Assembly (NCBI GenBank): GCA_039811685.1
Contig: JBDHZC010000004.1
Span: forward strand, 224,001-288,000
DNA from: Armatimonadota bacterium
GTDB taxonomy: Bacteria; Armatimonadota; UBA5829; DSUL01
Length of the DNA: 64,000 bases
Reading direction: 5' to 3'
Shown here: piece by piece, positions 51,204-61,548 of the stretch
Layout of the letters: each line of letters begins with the position of its first letter
How positions within the stretch are numbered: position 1 is the first letter of the stretch
The notes under the pieces: model-generated
What the model was told of the DNA's origin: nothing
What the model saw: the letters and a program-made list of their open reading frames with translations, nothing else
Databases searched by the model: none
Program-made: the position numbers and the translations under genes

Positions 51204-51352
51204 CATCCTGATAATTACTCCTCAGCAGAGCGCATTTTCGTACGTTTACAGTTCACCAACCGCCGCGAATTCGAGAACTCAGGTTACAGCTGTGCATCTC
51301 GGAATTTACCGGTGTAGAAATATGTCGGCTGGTAAACAGACCACTGCGCCCT

Positions 51353-52213
51353 TCAGTTGTTTGCGCGAGGGCGGTTGTTACCCTGAGAAGCGCTGCGGTT
51401 ACGTCCTTGCCGGTTCGCGCCTCGATTGGACCTCCACATCTCACGCTGAGCCTCTCGCCATTGCTGGTAGGTGGGAGAATTGCTGTTGCGCAGATCTCTG
51501 TACGCCTGCATCCGCGCTTCCATCAAGGCTTTTCGATCTGTCGGATTCATGGCAATGTCATCAGCCATAGACCTCTCAAGAGCCTGAGCGCGGTCCTGGC
51601 GATTCATCTGCAGAAAGCTCTGATCCTGTTGACGGCTGAGATCGGCGTACCCGAGCGCGTTAGCCGAGACCGGCGCCGCCGGGTTGATTTCCCCCACATC
51701 TGCGGGAATCTCCGAACCGATCAAGAGATAGACTGGCTTCAAGCCCAACTGTTTGGCTGTCTCTGCCACCTGAGTGCGTTTGGCATCTGACTTCGTCAGC
51801 GTAAGCTGAGAACCAGTCTGCGGATCGTAGAGCATCATTGTCCTGGCAGCTTCGAGCTGTTGAAGGAGAGCAGCCTGCTGCCGGGCTTTGTCCAGCTCGT
51901 CCTTTTTGGATGTCCCGTCTGGAATAAAAACTTGACGCCAGGTTGCCTTGGTCGCTCTGGCCACAGCATCCAGTACCTGCTCCAGTGGAGTCTGAGTGAA
52001 GTTGCCGCTGAAGTGCGCTGTGGCAACGCCATCTACCAGCACAGGGATACTGGCTTTCTCTGTAAGCGCTGTCGCGACTGCACTGAGGCTCAGGTCTTCT
52101 GCGCTCAAAGAGACGGGCGGTCCTCCAGGTGCGGAGCTGTCTTGAGCGGTGGCTGGAATGGCCGATGAAGCCAGCGCCGCTGCTATTGCCACGGCCAAAA
52201 ATCTGGGCTGCAT
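51353..52213 (-). CDS. Secreted hypothetical protein with STN/secretin-N-like domain
   Basis: Signal peptide; VSLSAEDLSLSAVATAL..PLEQVLDAV pattern. Confidence 0.65.
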   Translation of the reverse strand: MQPRFLAVAIAAALASSAIPATAQDSSAPGGPPVSLSAEDLSLSAVATALTEKASIPVLVDGVATAHFSGNFTQTPLEQVLDAVARATKATWRQVFIPDGTSKKDELDKARQQAALLQQLEAARTMMLYDPQTGSQLTLTKSDAKRTQVAETAKQLGLKPVYLLIGSEIPADVGEINPAAPVSANALGYADLSRQQDQSFLQMNRQDRAQALERSMADDIAMNPTDRKALMEARMQAYRDLRNSNSPTYQQWREAQREMWRSNRGANRQGRNRSASQGNNRPRANN

Positions 52214-52407
52214 AGCTCTTGTTCCCTTTCGATCAACTGCTGACGCTCTGGTCAGGCATAATTCTCTTGGATTATAGACGAACGGAGACCCGGTAGTCTT
52301 AACAGGTGTCTGGCCGCAGCCGCAAGAATGAACCGCAGAGGTTCAATTGCTGGCATTTTCGCCGCTATGTTATACTGGGAATAACTTCTTGGGAGTGTAA
52401 ACGCGTT

Positions 52408-53331
52408 ATGGGTAAGTTCATTTTCCTCAATGGGCAGGTGGTTCCGCACGAACAGGGCGTGGTCTCCGTATACGATCATGGATTCCTGTACGGCGATGGT
52501 GTCTTTGAGGGGATCAGGACTTACAATGGGCGCGTCTTCAAACTGGATGAGCACATCGAAAGGCTCTTCCATTCCTCGCATGCGCTGATGATTGATATTG
52601 GGATGACTCCGCAGGAGATGCGAAACGCAATCCTCGATTTGAACAGGCGCAACGAGCAGCGAGACGGCTACAATCGCATCACGGTGACTCGCGGGGTTAC
52701 TCTGGGGCTGGACCCCAAAAACTGCAAGCAGGCCACAGTCGTCATTATGAACGATGGGCTTGCTCTGTACCCGAAGCAGATGTACGAAGAGGGACTGGAC
52801 GTTGTCACAGTGTCCACGCGCGTGGCTATGCCGCAGACTGTGGAGCCTCGCGTGAAGTCGCTGGGCAAGTATGTGGCGAACATCCAGGCGAAGCTGGAAG
52901 CCAACCGTGTTCAGGCGGGTGAAGGGCTGATGCTCAATACGCACGGCTATGTTGCCGAGTGCACGGGTGACAACATCTTTCTCGTGCGTGATGGCAAAGT
53001 CATCACGCCGCCTGCGTGGGCCGGAATTCTTCAGGGGATCACACGTAACACGGTCATGCAACTGGCCAGCGACCTTGGCTATGACGTGATTGAAGACATC
53101 TTCACTCTCTTTGATGTGTACACGGCGCAAGAGTGCTTCCTCACTGGAACGGCCGCGGAAGTCATCCCGGTACGCTCGGTGGACGGGCGATCTATAGGCT
53201 CTGCGGCTCCTGGGCCGGTTACTGTACATCTGATGAGCGCTTTCAGGGAACTTACGAGGACCTCAGGTGTTCAAATATACGAGAGTTCGCAGGTGACTGA
53301 CGAGCCTCTGTCAACAGCGCCGGTAGGGTAG
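52408..53331 (+). CDS. ilvE: Branched-chain amino acid aminotransferase
   Basis: DHGFLYGDGVFEGIR, ECTGDNIF, ILQGITR, FLTGTAAE. Confidence 0.93.
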   Translation: MGKFIFLNGQVVPHEQGVVSVYDHGFLYGDGVFEGIRTYNGRVFKLDEHIERLFHSSHALMIDIGMTPQEMRNAILDLNRRNEQRDGYNRITVTRGVTLGLDPKNCKQATVVIMNDGLALYPKQMYEEGLDVVTVSTRVAMPQTVEPRVKSLGKYVANIQAKLEANRVQAGEGLMLNTHGYVAECTGDNIFLVRDGKVITPPAWAGILQGITRNTVMQLASDLGYDVIEDIFTLFDVYTAQECFLTGTAAEVIPVRSVDGRSIGSAAPGPVTVHLMSAFRELTRTSGVQIYESSQVTDEPLSTAPVG

Positions 53332-54086
53332 GCAGCAGGTTATTGCGCTAAGCACACCTGGAGCGCTGATAGCGAGGGTTTGAGAGCCGTGGAAGAAGCT
53401 TGACTTCCGCGGCTCTTGCGTTCTGTGGGTGTTAGTGCCCCATCTACGCGAAACGCCAGCGATCCGTGTGGACATTCCGTCCAGCGGGGAGGACAACCGT
53501 GGGGTAAGTTGCTAAGAATCTCAGGCTCTCACGCATCTCGCTGCGATTTCCAATAGCTGCAAGATCAGCCGAGGGAATCAGTATGATGCGCTAGCCGGTT
53601 GGTCGGGGGTGACTTTCTGGTTGTTCTGAGATATGCTTTGAAGATTGATTTCCAGTAACTGCGCCGCCTGAGTGTAACGGAACCTGAATCCTCCAAGCAC
53701 AGTTATGTAAAGAGAAGGCTGTGTGGGATGAGACATTCCCGGCGGACTCATCATAGAGATAGTTGCCGGTGCGCAGTTGCGGTTTGGAAACTCTTCCGTT
53801 CGGACAGATAGTCCGGGCTCGCATTGAGGAATGATAGAGTAAGTGTGAGCAGGCGACCGGGCGACGAGGCGCATGCGGGTATAGTAACAATGCCCGCGCG
53901 CTAAGGTAGGACGGATTCGGAGTCTGGGCGTCACAGCGGAAAAATGGCTGAGGCGCAATGGGAAGAGTCTAAAAGACAACGGTCTGAAAACCGATTCTAA
54001 GAGTTAACAGTGGTTAAGAAGTTTCTGGCGATGGCTACTTTAGCGCCGCCAACTGGCAACCAGCCACGAGGGGAGGTCTGACCAAA

Positions 54087-56564
54087 ATGTGGCAACGATT
54101 CACCGAGCGAGCGCGCAGGGTTGTGTTCTTTGCGCAGGAAGAGGCGAACAGGCTCGGCGAGAACTATGTGAGCACCGAGCATCTGCTTCTGGGTCTGGTC
54201 CGTGAGAATGACAGCGTGGCCGCGAGGATTCTGGATCGACTGGGCGTGTCTCTAAGCCGCATTCGGGCGGAAGTAGAGCGTCAGGTCTCTCGTGGGGATG
54301 GCCGGCTTGGTCAGGACATGCAGCTTACACCTCGTGCAAAGCGCGTCATTGATCTGGCCTACGACGAAGCCCGCCAGCTCAACAACAACTACATCGGGAC
54401 CGAGCATCTTCTGCTCGGGCTGATCAGAGAAGGTGACGGCCTGGCTGGCAGAGTGCTGCAGAAGCTGGGTGTGGACCTCGAGAGAACTCGTCGCGAGGTT
54501 ATGAATCTCCAGGATACGGATACCGCTCTGTCAACAACGCGGACGCGCTCCCGGACGCCGACCCTGGATGAGTTCGGCCGTGATCTGACAGACCTGGCTC
54601 GTTCTGAAAAGTTGGACCCTGTCATCGGGCGTCACTCAGAGATCGAGCGCGTTATACAGATTTTGTCCCGTCGCACGAAGAACAACCCGTGTCTGATAGG
54701 GGAGCCGGGTGTGGGCAAGACCGCAATTGCCGAGGGCTTGGCGCAGCGGATCGCCTCCGGGGACATCCCCGAGATGCTCAAAGACCGCCGCATTGTCGCT
54801 CTCGACCTTCCGGGGCTGGTCGCTGGCACCAAGTATCGGGGTGAGTTCGAAGAGCGGATGAAGCGCGTCATTGACGAGGTTCGCAAGGCTTCCGGCGAAG
54901 TCATCCTTTTTGTCGATGAGCTCCACACGCTGGTTGGGGCGGGAGCTGCTGAGGGCGCGATTGATGCCTCCAACATCATGAAGCCTGCGCTGGCGCGCGG
55001 TGAATTGCAGTGTATCGGCGCAACAACGCTGGATGAATTCCGCAAGTACATCGAGCGCGACGCTGCTCTTGAGCGGCGCTTCCAGCCTGTTCAGGTGCGA
55101 GAGCCGTCTGTGGAAGACGCCATTGAGATTCTTCGCGGGCTGCGGCCGCGCTATGAAGAGCATCATGGCATCCAGATTGAGGATGAAGCTCTGGTCGCTG
55201 CCGCCCGCCTGGCGGATCGCTACATCAGCGATCGCTCTTTGCCCGACAAAGCTATCGATCTCATTGATGAGGCGGCGTCCCGCGTTCGGTTACAGCTGGC
55301 CCTGCCTCCGGTGGAGTTACGGGAAGTGAACGTTGAGCTGCAGTCCATCAGCAAAGAGCTCGCGTCACTCCCGCAGAACTCGGAGTACGAGCGAGCAGTT
55401 GATTTACAGGCTCGCGAGCGAGAGCTGAAGGACAGGCTCTCCGACCTCAGCCGGGACTGGGATGAGCGCCGTGAGCAGATGCAGCAGACTGTCTCAGAAG
55501 ACGAGATTGCGCACATTGTGTACTCGTGGACGGGTATTCCGGTCTCGCGGCTGGTAGAAGGCGAGACGGCTAAGCTGCTCAAAATGGAGGAAGTTCTGCA
55601 CCACCGGATTATCGGGCAGAACGAAGCCATCGAGGCGATCAGCCGGGCAGTGAGGCGAGCGCGCAGCGGGCTGAAAGATCCTAAGCGGCCGATGGGATCG
55701 TTCGTATTCCTCGGGCCGACTGGCGTGGGCAAGACAGAGCTTGCACGAGCGCTGGCGGAGTTCCTGTTTGACAATGAGGACAACCTCATCCGAATTGACA
55801 TGTCTGAGTATATGGAGCGCTTTGCAGTCTCCAGACTGGTTGGGGCGCCTCCCGGATATGTTGGGTACGATGAGGGCGGTCAGCTCACAGAGCAGGTTCG
55901 CCGCCGCCCGTACTCGGTAATTTTGCTGGACGAGATTGAGAAGGCGCATCCTGAGGTGTTCAACATCCTTCTGCAGGTTATGGAGGACGGACGCCTGACG
56001 GACGCTCAAGGACGAGTCGTGGACTTCAAAAACACGGTTCTGATTATGACGTCCAACATTGGGGCTCATCTGATCGCAGGAGAGTCCACGATGGGGCTGC
56101 GCAGTCTGAAGCCTGTCGGCGAAGATCAGAAGTCTTACGAGGGTATGAGGAATCGCGTGATGGAAGAGATGAAGAAGGTCTTCCGTCCGGAGTTCATCAA
56201 CCGCGTGGACGAGACCATTGTGTTCCATTCGCTCAGCAAAGACGAGATCGTTCAGATTGTTGACCTGATGCTGGATCGAGTGAGAGTGCAGCTTCGCACG
56301 CAAGGGATGGAGCTGGAAATCTCCCGAGAAGTCAAGGAACTGCTGGCGGAGGAAGGCTTCGATCCGACATTTGGCGCGCGGCCTCTACGCAGAGCCGTTC
56401 AGCGTCAGATTGAAGATCCGCTGTCCGAAGAGATTCTGCTCGGCCGCTTCAGCGACGGCGATAAGATACGCGCTGAGGTGGAGGACGGCAAGATCTTCTT
56501 CACGAAGGCGGATGCTTCTCTGGACAAGCTGGCCTCGGTTGAGGAGCAGCCATCGAAAAACTGA
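54087..56564 (+). CDS. clpC: ATP-dependent Clp protease ATP-binding subunit ClpC
   Basis: Two Clp-N repeats, [19 protein letters not shown] ClpP-docking loop. Confidence 0.95.
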   Translation: MWQRFTERARRVVFFAQEEANRLGENYVSTEHLLLGLVRENDSVAARILDRLGVSLSRIRAEVERQVSRGDGRLGQDMQLTPRAKRVIDLAYDEARQLNNNYIGTEHLLLGLIREGDGLAGRVLQKLGVDLERTRREVMNLQDTDTALSTTRTRSRTPTLDEFGRDLTDLARSEKLDPVIGRHSEIERVIQILSRRTKNNPCLIGEPGVGKTAIAEGLAQRIASGDIPEMLKDRRIVALDLPGLVAGTKYRGEFEERMKRVIDEVRKASGEVILFVDELHTLVGAGAAEGAIDASNIMKPALARGELQCIGATTLDEFRKYIERDAALERRFQPVQVREPSVEDAIEILRGLRPRYEEHHGIQIEDEALVAAARLADRYISDRSLPDKAIDLIDEAASRVRLQLALPPVELREVNVELQSISKELASLPQNSEYERAVDLQARERELKDRLSDLSRDWDERREQMQQTVSEDEIAHIVYSWTGIPVSRLVEGETAKLLKMEEVLHHRIIGQNEAIEAISRAVRRARSGLKDPKRPMGSFVFLGPTGVGKTELARALAEFLFDNEDNLIRIDMSEYMERFAVSRLVGAPPGYVGYDEGGQLTEQVRRRPYSVILLDEIEKAHPEVFNILLQVMEDGRLTDAQGRVVDFKNTVLIMTSNIGAHLIAGESTMGLRSLKPVGEDQKSYEGMRNRVMEEMKKVFRPEFINRVDETIVFHSLSKDEIVQIVDLMLDRVRVQLRTQGMELEISREVKELLAEEGFDPTFGARPLRRAVQRQIEDPLSEEILLGRFSDGDKIRAEVEDGKIFFTKADASLDKLASVEEQPSKN

Positions 56565-56612
56565 CTTGCCTGTGACCCTGAACCTGGGGTCTATGTAATC
56601 TAACATCTGAAA

Positions 56613-56640
56613 GCAGCCCCGGCGCAAACGCCGGGGCTGC
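56613..56640. terminator. Perfect GC hairpin after clpC
   Basis: GCAGCCCCGGCG-CAAA-CGCCGGGGCTGC; no U-tract. Confidence 0.55.
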
Positions 56641-56715
56641 TGACGTACTGGTGCGCGGTTTCGTGCTACAATCCTGCTGTTCACAGTCGCCGGAAACCGA
56701 CAACTTGTAGCTCCC

Positions 56716-58095
56716 ATGCCCAAGACAACAACCAAATTTGTATGCCAGAGTTGCGCCTATGAGTCCCCGAAATGGATGGGGCGCTGTCCTGACTGCGGTG
56801 AATGGGCCTCTATGATTGAAGAAATCGTCACCCCCCGCACTAATGGGAAAGGCCGCACAGCCTCGGGCCACGCTCCAGCAGCCGTGCCTCTGGGTGATAT
56901 TGAGCTGGCTGATCAGGATCGCACAACAACCAGCCTGCCGGAACTGGATCGTGTGCTGGGTGGAGGCCTTGTCGCCGGGTCGCTCGTTCTGATTGGAGGA
57001 GATCCGGGCATTGGCAAATCCACGTTGCTGATGCAGGTATCTGGGAACCTGGCCAGTGGAGGCTCCAGAGTGCTCTATATCTCCGGGGAAGAGTCACCGA
57101 GGCAAATCAAATTGCGAGCGAGGCGGCTCGGCATTGTAGCAGACACCATTCACGTGAGCTCAGAAACGGATGCGAGCGCGCTGGGTGCGCTGGTCGAGAC
57201 CTGTGCGGCGGACACTATTGTCGTGGACTCTATCCAGACCATGTCCGATCCGTCTTCGCCGTCTGCCGCCGGCACTGTAAGCCAGGTGCGCGGCTCAGCG
57301 TCACTCATCGCAGAAGTCGCAAAGTCTCGCGGGATTCCGGCGTTCATCGTCGGCCATGTGACTAAAGAAGGCTCGCTTGCAGGGCCGCGAGTTCTGGAGC
57401 ACATGGTTGATACGGTGTTGTATTTCGAGGGTGAACGCGACAATGCTTATCGCATTCTACGGGCGGTCAAGAATCGTTTCGGAGCGACGGACGAAGTGGG
57501 CATTTTCGAGATGCGCGGCGACGGATTGGCGGAAGTTCCGAATCCTTCGGCGTATCTGCTGGCGGAGCGCGACGAACACGGGTGCGGGAGCGTGGTGTGC
57601 CCGACACTGGAGGGAACACGCCCGCTTTTGGTGGAAATCCAGGCGCTGGCCGCTCCCAGCTATTTCCCTGCGCCGCGCCGGATGGCCAGCGGAGTGGACT
57701 TCAACCGCTTTCTGCTTGTCCTTGCTGTGCTGGAGAAGCGCGCTGGAGTATTCCTGGGAAAGTCTGATGTGTACGCGAACGTCACGGGCGGCTTGCGTCT
57801 GGTCGAGCCTGCAACGGACCTCGCTGTCGCAGTCGCGGTGGCTTCCAGCATAAAAGACGTTCCAGTGCGCCGTGGTACAGCCGTACTTGGAGAGGTTGGT
57901 CTGGCAGGAGAAGTGCGCGGTGTCTCGCAGGCCGAGCGGCGCATTCGGGAAGCGGCGCGGCTTGGTTTTGACAGAGTCATTTTGTCTCAACGCGACAAGT
58001 CTCAGATTCAGGACGGCAGGGGCGTGGAGTTGATGGGTGTGCGCTCTGTCGCTCAGGCTGTGCACCAGGCTCTGGCGGACGGATCCGGCAGCTGA
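56716..58095 (+). CDS. radA: DNA repair protein RadA/Sms
   Basis: CQSC..CPDC, GDPGIGKS, KNRFG. Confidence 0.96.
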   Translation: MPKTTTKFVCQSCAYESPKWMGRCPDCGEWASMIEEIVTPRTNGKGRTASGHAPAAVPLGDIELADQDRTTTSLPELDRVLGGGLVAGSLVLIGGDPGIGKSTLLMQVSGNLASGGSRVLYISGEESPRQIKLRARRLGIVADTIHVSSETDASALGALVETCAADTIVVDSIQTMSDPSSPSAAGTVSQVRGSASLIAEVAKSRGIPAFIVGHVTKEGSLAGPRVLEHMVDTVLYFEGERDNAYRILRAVKNRFGATDEVGIFEMRGDGLAEVPNPSAYLLAERDEHGCGSVVCPTLEGTRPLLVEIQALAAPSYFPAPRRMASGVDFNRFLLVLAVLEKRAGVFLGKSDVYANVTGGLRLVEPATDLAVAVAVASSIKDVPVRRGTAVLGEVGLAGEVRGVSQAERRIREAARLGFDRVILSQRDKSQIQDGRGVELMGVRSVAQAVHQALADGSGS

Positions 58096-58407
58096 TTCCG
58101 CCTGATTGCTCAAAGCGCGCAGCTGGGGCGGACGCTACGCCGCTTTTGCTGCTAAAATCACACGGTAGCCTGACACTGTCCGCTCACACGCCTGGTTCAT
58201 GCACACGGCTGTCACCAGGGAGCTGTCCGTCCATTTGTCAGGCGTCCAGGTCGTTACCAGGGTGGTTTTACAACTCTCGAAAGATTGCGTCTCTTTGAAC
58301 TGCTGTCATTCTTCTGAACTCTTTGTGAAAGAGCTGGCTCTGCCCTCAGTCCAGCTCAGCATTGGGCTTCGTGGCTCATCGCCTCCAAGTAAGGTGACCT
58401 CTCGCAC

Positions 58408-59295
58408 ATGAGACCGCCTGGACCGTTGACGTTGAATAATGGCTATGTTGCGGCCTCCGTTTACTGGGCGCTGGTGGAGGATGGCCCCACTGGAGATATG
58501 ACCACGGACGCCTGCGTCGACTGGACAGCGCGTGTGGACGCCAAAATCATTGCCAAGGCTCCCGGCGTTATTGCTGGCACAGAGTTTGCTCGCGAAGCGT
58601 TCCACCAGTGCGGTGCGCATTGCGAGCTGAAAGTTGGGGACGGTGATCGGGTCGTGCCCGGGCAGATCATTCTGGTTCTGGAGCAGCAGCCCGCTCGCTC
58701 CGTCTTGAAGGCCGAGCGCGTTGCCCTCAATTTTCTTGGACATCTCTCTGGTATTGCCACGACTACGGCTGAGTTTGTCAAAGCGTGTGAGGGCACTGGA
58801 GCCGAAATCCTCGACACAAGAAAGACGACTCCGGGGCTGAGGGTGGCAGAGAAGGCTGCTGTAAAGGCGGGTGGGGGCCAAAATCATCGCCAGGGTCTCT
58901 CAGACGGAATTCTCATCAAAGAGAATCACATACGCGCGGCTGGCGCTATCAGCCGCGCCGTGAGTCTGGCGTTGCAGGCTGCTCCTGACGATCAGTTTGT
59001 AGAGGTTGAAGTCACCAATCTTGACGAGATGCGCGAGGCCATGGACAACGGCGCCAAAATCGTCCTGCTCGACAACATGAGTGAGGAGATGATGAGGGAG
59101 GCTGCGGCGAAAGCAAAAGAGCGCGGAGTCCGTACGGAAGCCTCGGGAAACGTCAATCTGGAGAATGTGCGCCGGATTGCGCAGACAGGTGTTGACTACA
59201 TTTCTATCGGATGGCTGACGCACTCCGCCCGAGCTCTTGATCTCAGTCTCCTGGTCGAATATGAGCCACTGCCCGATGTCGTGGTTGACGTGTGA
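58408..59295 (+). CDS. nadC: Quinolinate phosphoribosyltransferase
   Basis: DTRKTTPGLR, LIKENH, EVEV, LLDNM, EASG. Confidence 0.95.
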   Translation: MRPPGPLTLNNGYVAASVYWALVEDGPTGDMTTDACVDWTARVDAKIIAKAPGVIAGTEFAREAFHQCGAHCELKVGDGDRVVPGQIILVLEQQPARSVLKAERVALNFLGHLSGIATTTAEFVKACEGTGAEILDTRKTTPGLRVAEKAAVKAGGGQNHRQGLSDGILIKENHIRAAGAISRAVSLALQAAPDDQFVEVEVTNLDEMREAMDNGAKIVLLDNMSEEMMREAAAKAKERGVRTEASGNVNLENVRRIAQTGVDYISIGWLTHSARALDLSLLVEYEPLPDVVVDV

Positions 59296-60059
59296 GCGAC
59301 GTGTCAGCTTCTGACAAGCTGCCTGTCGAAGTCGTTCGTGTCTCCTCTATCGACTCGACCAGCAGTTATCTCGCACAGCTTGTGGCCTCCGGCGCACGTG
59401 TGGGAACTGCCGTTATTGCCGGAGAACAGACTTCAGGACGCGGCCAGCTCGGACGCCCATGGCACTCTCCCAGAGGCGCCTTTTTCCTCTCAATAGCCCT
59501 CACCGGCGCTGATCCTCGATGCCTTGTTTTTGGGCTGCCGGTTGTTCTGGCGCGTACACTACGGTCTGTGTGCAACTTGCAGGCCGGCTGTCGTTGGCCC
59601 AACGATATTGTCGTTGATGGCAGAAAAATCGGAGGGGTCTTGATCGAAAGCAGCGCTCGTCAAAGTGTCTGGATTGTCGGCTGCGGAGTGAACGTCAACG
59701 TTTCTGAGTTTCCTGAAGACCTGCGTGGCAGTGCGACAAGTGCGCTTATTGAGACCGGACACGTGGCGCCACTGGAGGGCGCCGATGGATTCGAAGAAGC
59801 CTTCTTCGCCCATCTCAACGAGTTCATTTGCAGTCCAGACGCCCGCCATCTGTCTGGAGTTCTAACTCTCTGGCGGAGCTTCGACACGACTGCAGGAAGT
59901 CTGGTACGCGTGAGACGGCAAGAGACAGAAGGGGTAGTGGAAGCCGTAGCAGTGGACGGGATGGGGCGTCTTGTGACAAAAGACGGTGAAGAGTTTGAGG
60001 TTGTTGTCGGTGCGAGCACACTGGAATGGCTGCGCGCCGGGCCGGCCCCTCACATCTAG
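59292..60059 (+). CDS. birA: Biotin-protein ligase (no N-terminal HTH)
   Basis: [34 protein letters not shown]. Confidence 0.88.
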   Translation: MSDVSASDKLPVEVVRVSSIDSTSSYLAQLVASGARVGTAVIAGEQTSGRGQLGRPWHSPRGAFFLSIALTGADPRCLVFGLPVVLARTLRSVCNLQAGCRWPNDIVVDGRKIGGVLIESSARQSVWIVGCGVNVNVSEFPEDLRGSATSALIETGHVAPLEGADGFEEAFFAHLNEFICSPDARHLSGVLTLWRSFDTTAGSLVRVRRQETEGVVEAVAVDGMGRLVTKDGEEFEVVVGASTLEWLRAGPAPHI

Positions 60060-60082
60060 AGGATATTTTCGGAGGCTGCATT

Positions 60083-60859
60083 TTGCCAAAGCTTGTTTTG
60101 ATCAGACACGGAGAGAGTACCTGGAACAAAGAAAACCGGTTCACTGGCTGGACCGATGTGGATTTGTCTCCTGCCGGGATCGACCAGGCCGTCAGCGCCG
60201 GGCGGTTGCTGCGGGATGAAGGTTTCACCTTCGATATCGCGTACACGTCCGTCCTCAAGCGCGCGATACGCACGCTGTGGCTTGTCCAGGATGAGATGGA
60301 TCTGCTCTGGATTCCGGTCTACAAGTCCTGGCGGTTGAACGAGCGCCACTATGGCGATCTGCAGGGGCTGAACAAGGCGGAAACGGCAGCTAGATTTGGA
60401 GATGAGCAGATAAAAATATGGCGCCGCAGCTACGATGTACCGCCACCTGCGCTTGATCCCTCCGACGACCGCTACCCCGGCCACGATCCGCGCTACCAGA
60501 GTCTTTCAGATGAAGAACTCCCGCTCACAGAGTGTCTGAAAGACACTGTCGCGCGCTTCCTGCCTTACTGGCACGAAACAATAGCGCCTGTAATTGCCAG
60601 CGGCAAGCGGGTCATTATTGCTGCGCACGGCAACAGCCTCCGGGCACTGGTGAAGTATCTGGACAATATCTCAGACTCGAGTATCGTGGATCTGAATATT
60701 CCCACGGGAGTTCCGCTTGTCTATGAACTGGACGCCAACCTCAAACCCATCAGACAGAATCGCTCTGTAGAGCCACTGAGTGGCTATTATCTAGGTGATC
60801 CCGCGGCTATTGCCGCGGCTGCGGCTGCAGTGGCGGCTCAAGGGAAGGCGAAGAGCTAG
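60083..60859 (+). CDS. gpmA: 2,3-BPG-dependent phosphoglycerate mutase
   Basis: LIRHGES, LNERHYG, AHGNSLR. GGAGG RBS before TTG at 60083. Confidence 0.96.
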   Translation: MPKLVLIRHGESTWNKENRFTGWTDVDLSPAGIDQAVSAGRLLRDEGFTFDIAYTSVLKRAIRTLWLVQDEMDLLWIPVYKSWRLNERHYGDLQGLNKAETAARFGDEQIKIWRRSYDVPPPALDPSDDRYPGHDPRYQSLSDEELPLTECLKDTVARFLPYWHETIAPVIASGKRVIIAAHGNSLRALVKYLDNISDSSIVDLNIPTGVPLVYELDANLKPIRQNRSVEPLSGYYLGDPAAIAAAAAAVAAQGKAKS

Positions 60860-60931
60860 GTCTCTGGACGGAAATAGCTGTTGATGTCGGGCGCGTAAGG
60901 CGAACCTCGCCGCTGTGAAAGACAGGACAGT

Positions 60932-61297
60932 CTACACGCCCGCCATGTCGCGGAAATAGACTATCTGCTGGAGAGCTTTTTCGTGTGAAGGGTCGATAGC
61001 CAGAACTTTCTCGAAGCCAGCCTTAGCCTCCTCGAACATTCCCAGCATGGCGTGCGTCATGGCCAGATCGCACAGGACCTCGACATTGTCGGTCGTCAGT
61101 TCTGCAGCTTTTTCCAGCTCTTCTATAGATTCGTCGAAGAGTCCCTGGAAACCGTAGACCAAGCCAAGCTGCCGATGCGCCTCCGCATTGTTCGGATCCT
61201 CAGCAATCACTTCATTGATTACGGCCACTGCGTCGTCGTAGGCGCCGTCTATTTTGTGTTGTATTGCTACGCGAAGGCGCTCCACGGTGTCCGCCAT
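60932..61297 (-). CDS. Small TPR protein
   Basis: DPNNAEAHRQLGLVY and related TPR-pattern helices. Confidence 0.85.
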   Translation of the reverse strand: MADTVERLRVAIQHKIDGAYDDAVAVINEVIAEDPNNAEAHRQLGLVYGFQGLFDESIEELEKAAELTTDNVEVLCDLAMTHAMLGMFEEAKAGFEKVLAIDPSHEKALQQIVYFRDMAGV

Positions 61298-61548
61298 TAC
61301 CTCTGCCCGTCGCCTCTACTTTCTTGTTGCGGCTTCACACACAAACAGGCGCGATCCCAAAAGAACGGCAACTGCGGCGGCTGCCGGAGTCGAGTCAGCC
61401 TGCTACCTAGAAGTATAACACCGCAGCGCTCCCTGCATCAAGAGCAGGTCTATGTGATGTTCCTGTGCGCAACTGTGCCTGGGCCGTCGTAGCATTCTGG
61501 CTGATGAAGGGCACTGGGCAGATCGAGGAGAAACAGCGTATCAGTGCC

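Noticed and set aside
53349..53369. CIRCE-like TAAGCACAC-ctg-GAGCGCTGA before clpC
   Set aside because: The spacer is 3 nt rather than 9, with several mismatches.
53578..53979. Minus-strand 133-aa ORF between ilvE and clpC
   Set aside because: No RBS, atypical composition and no motifs.
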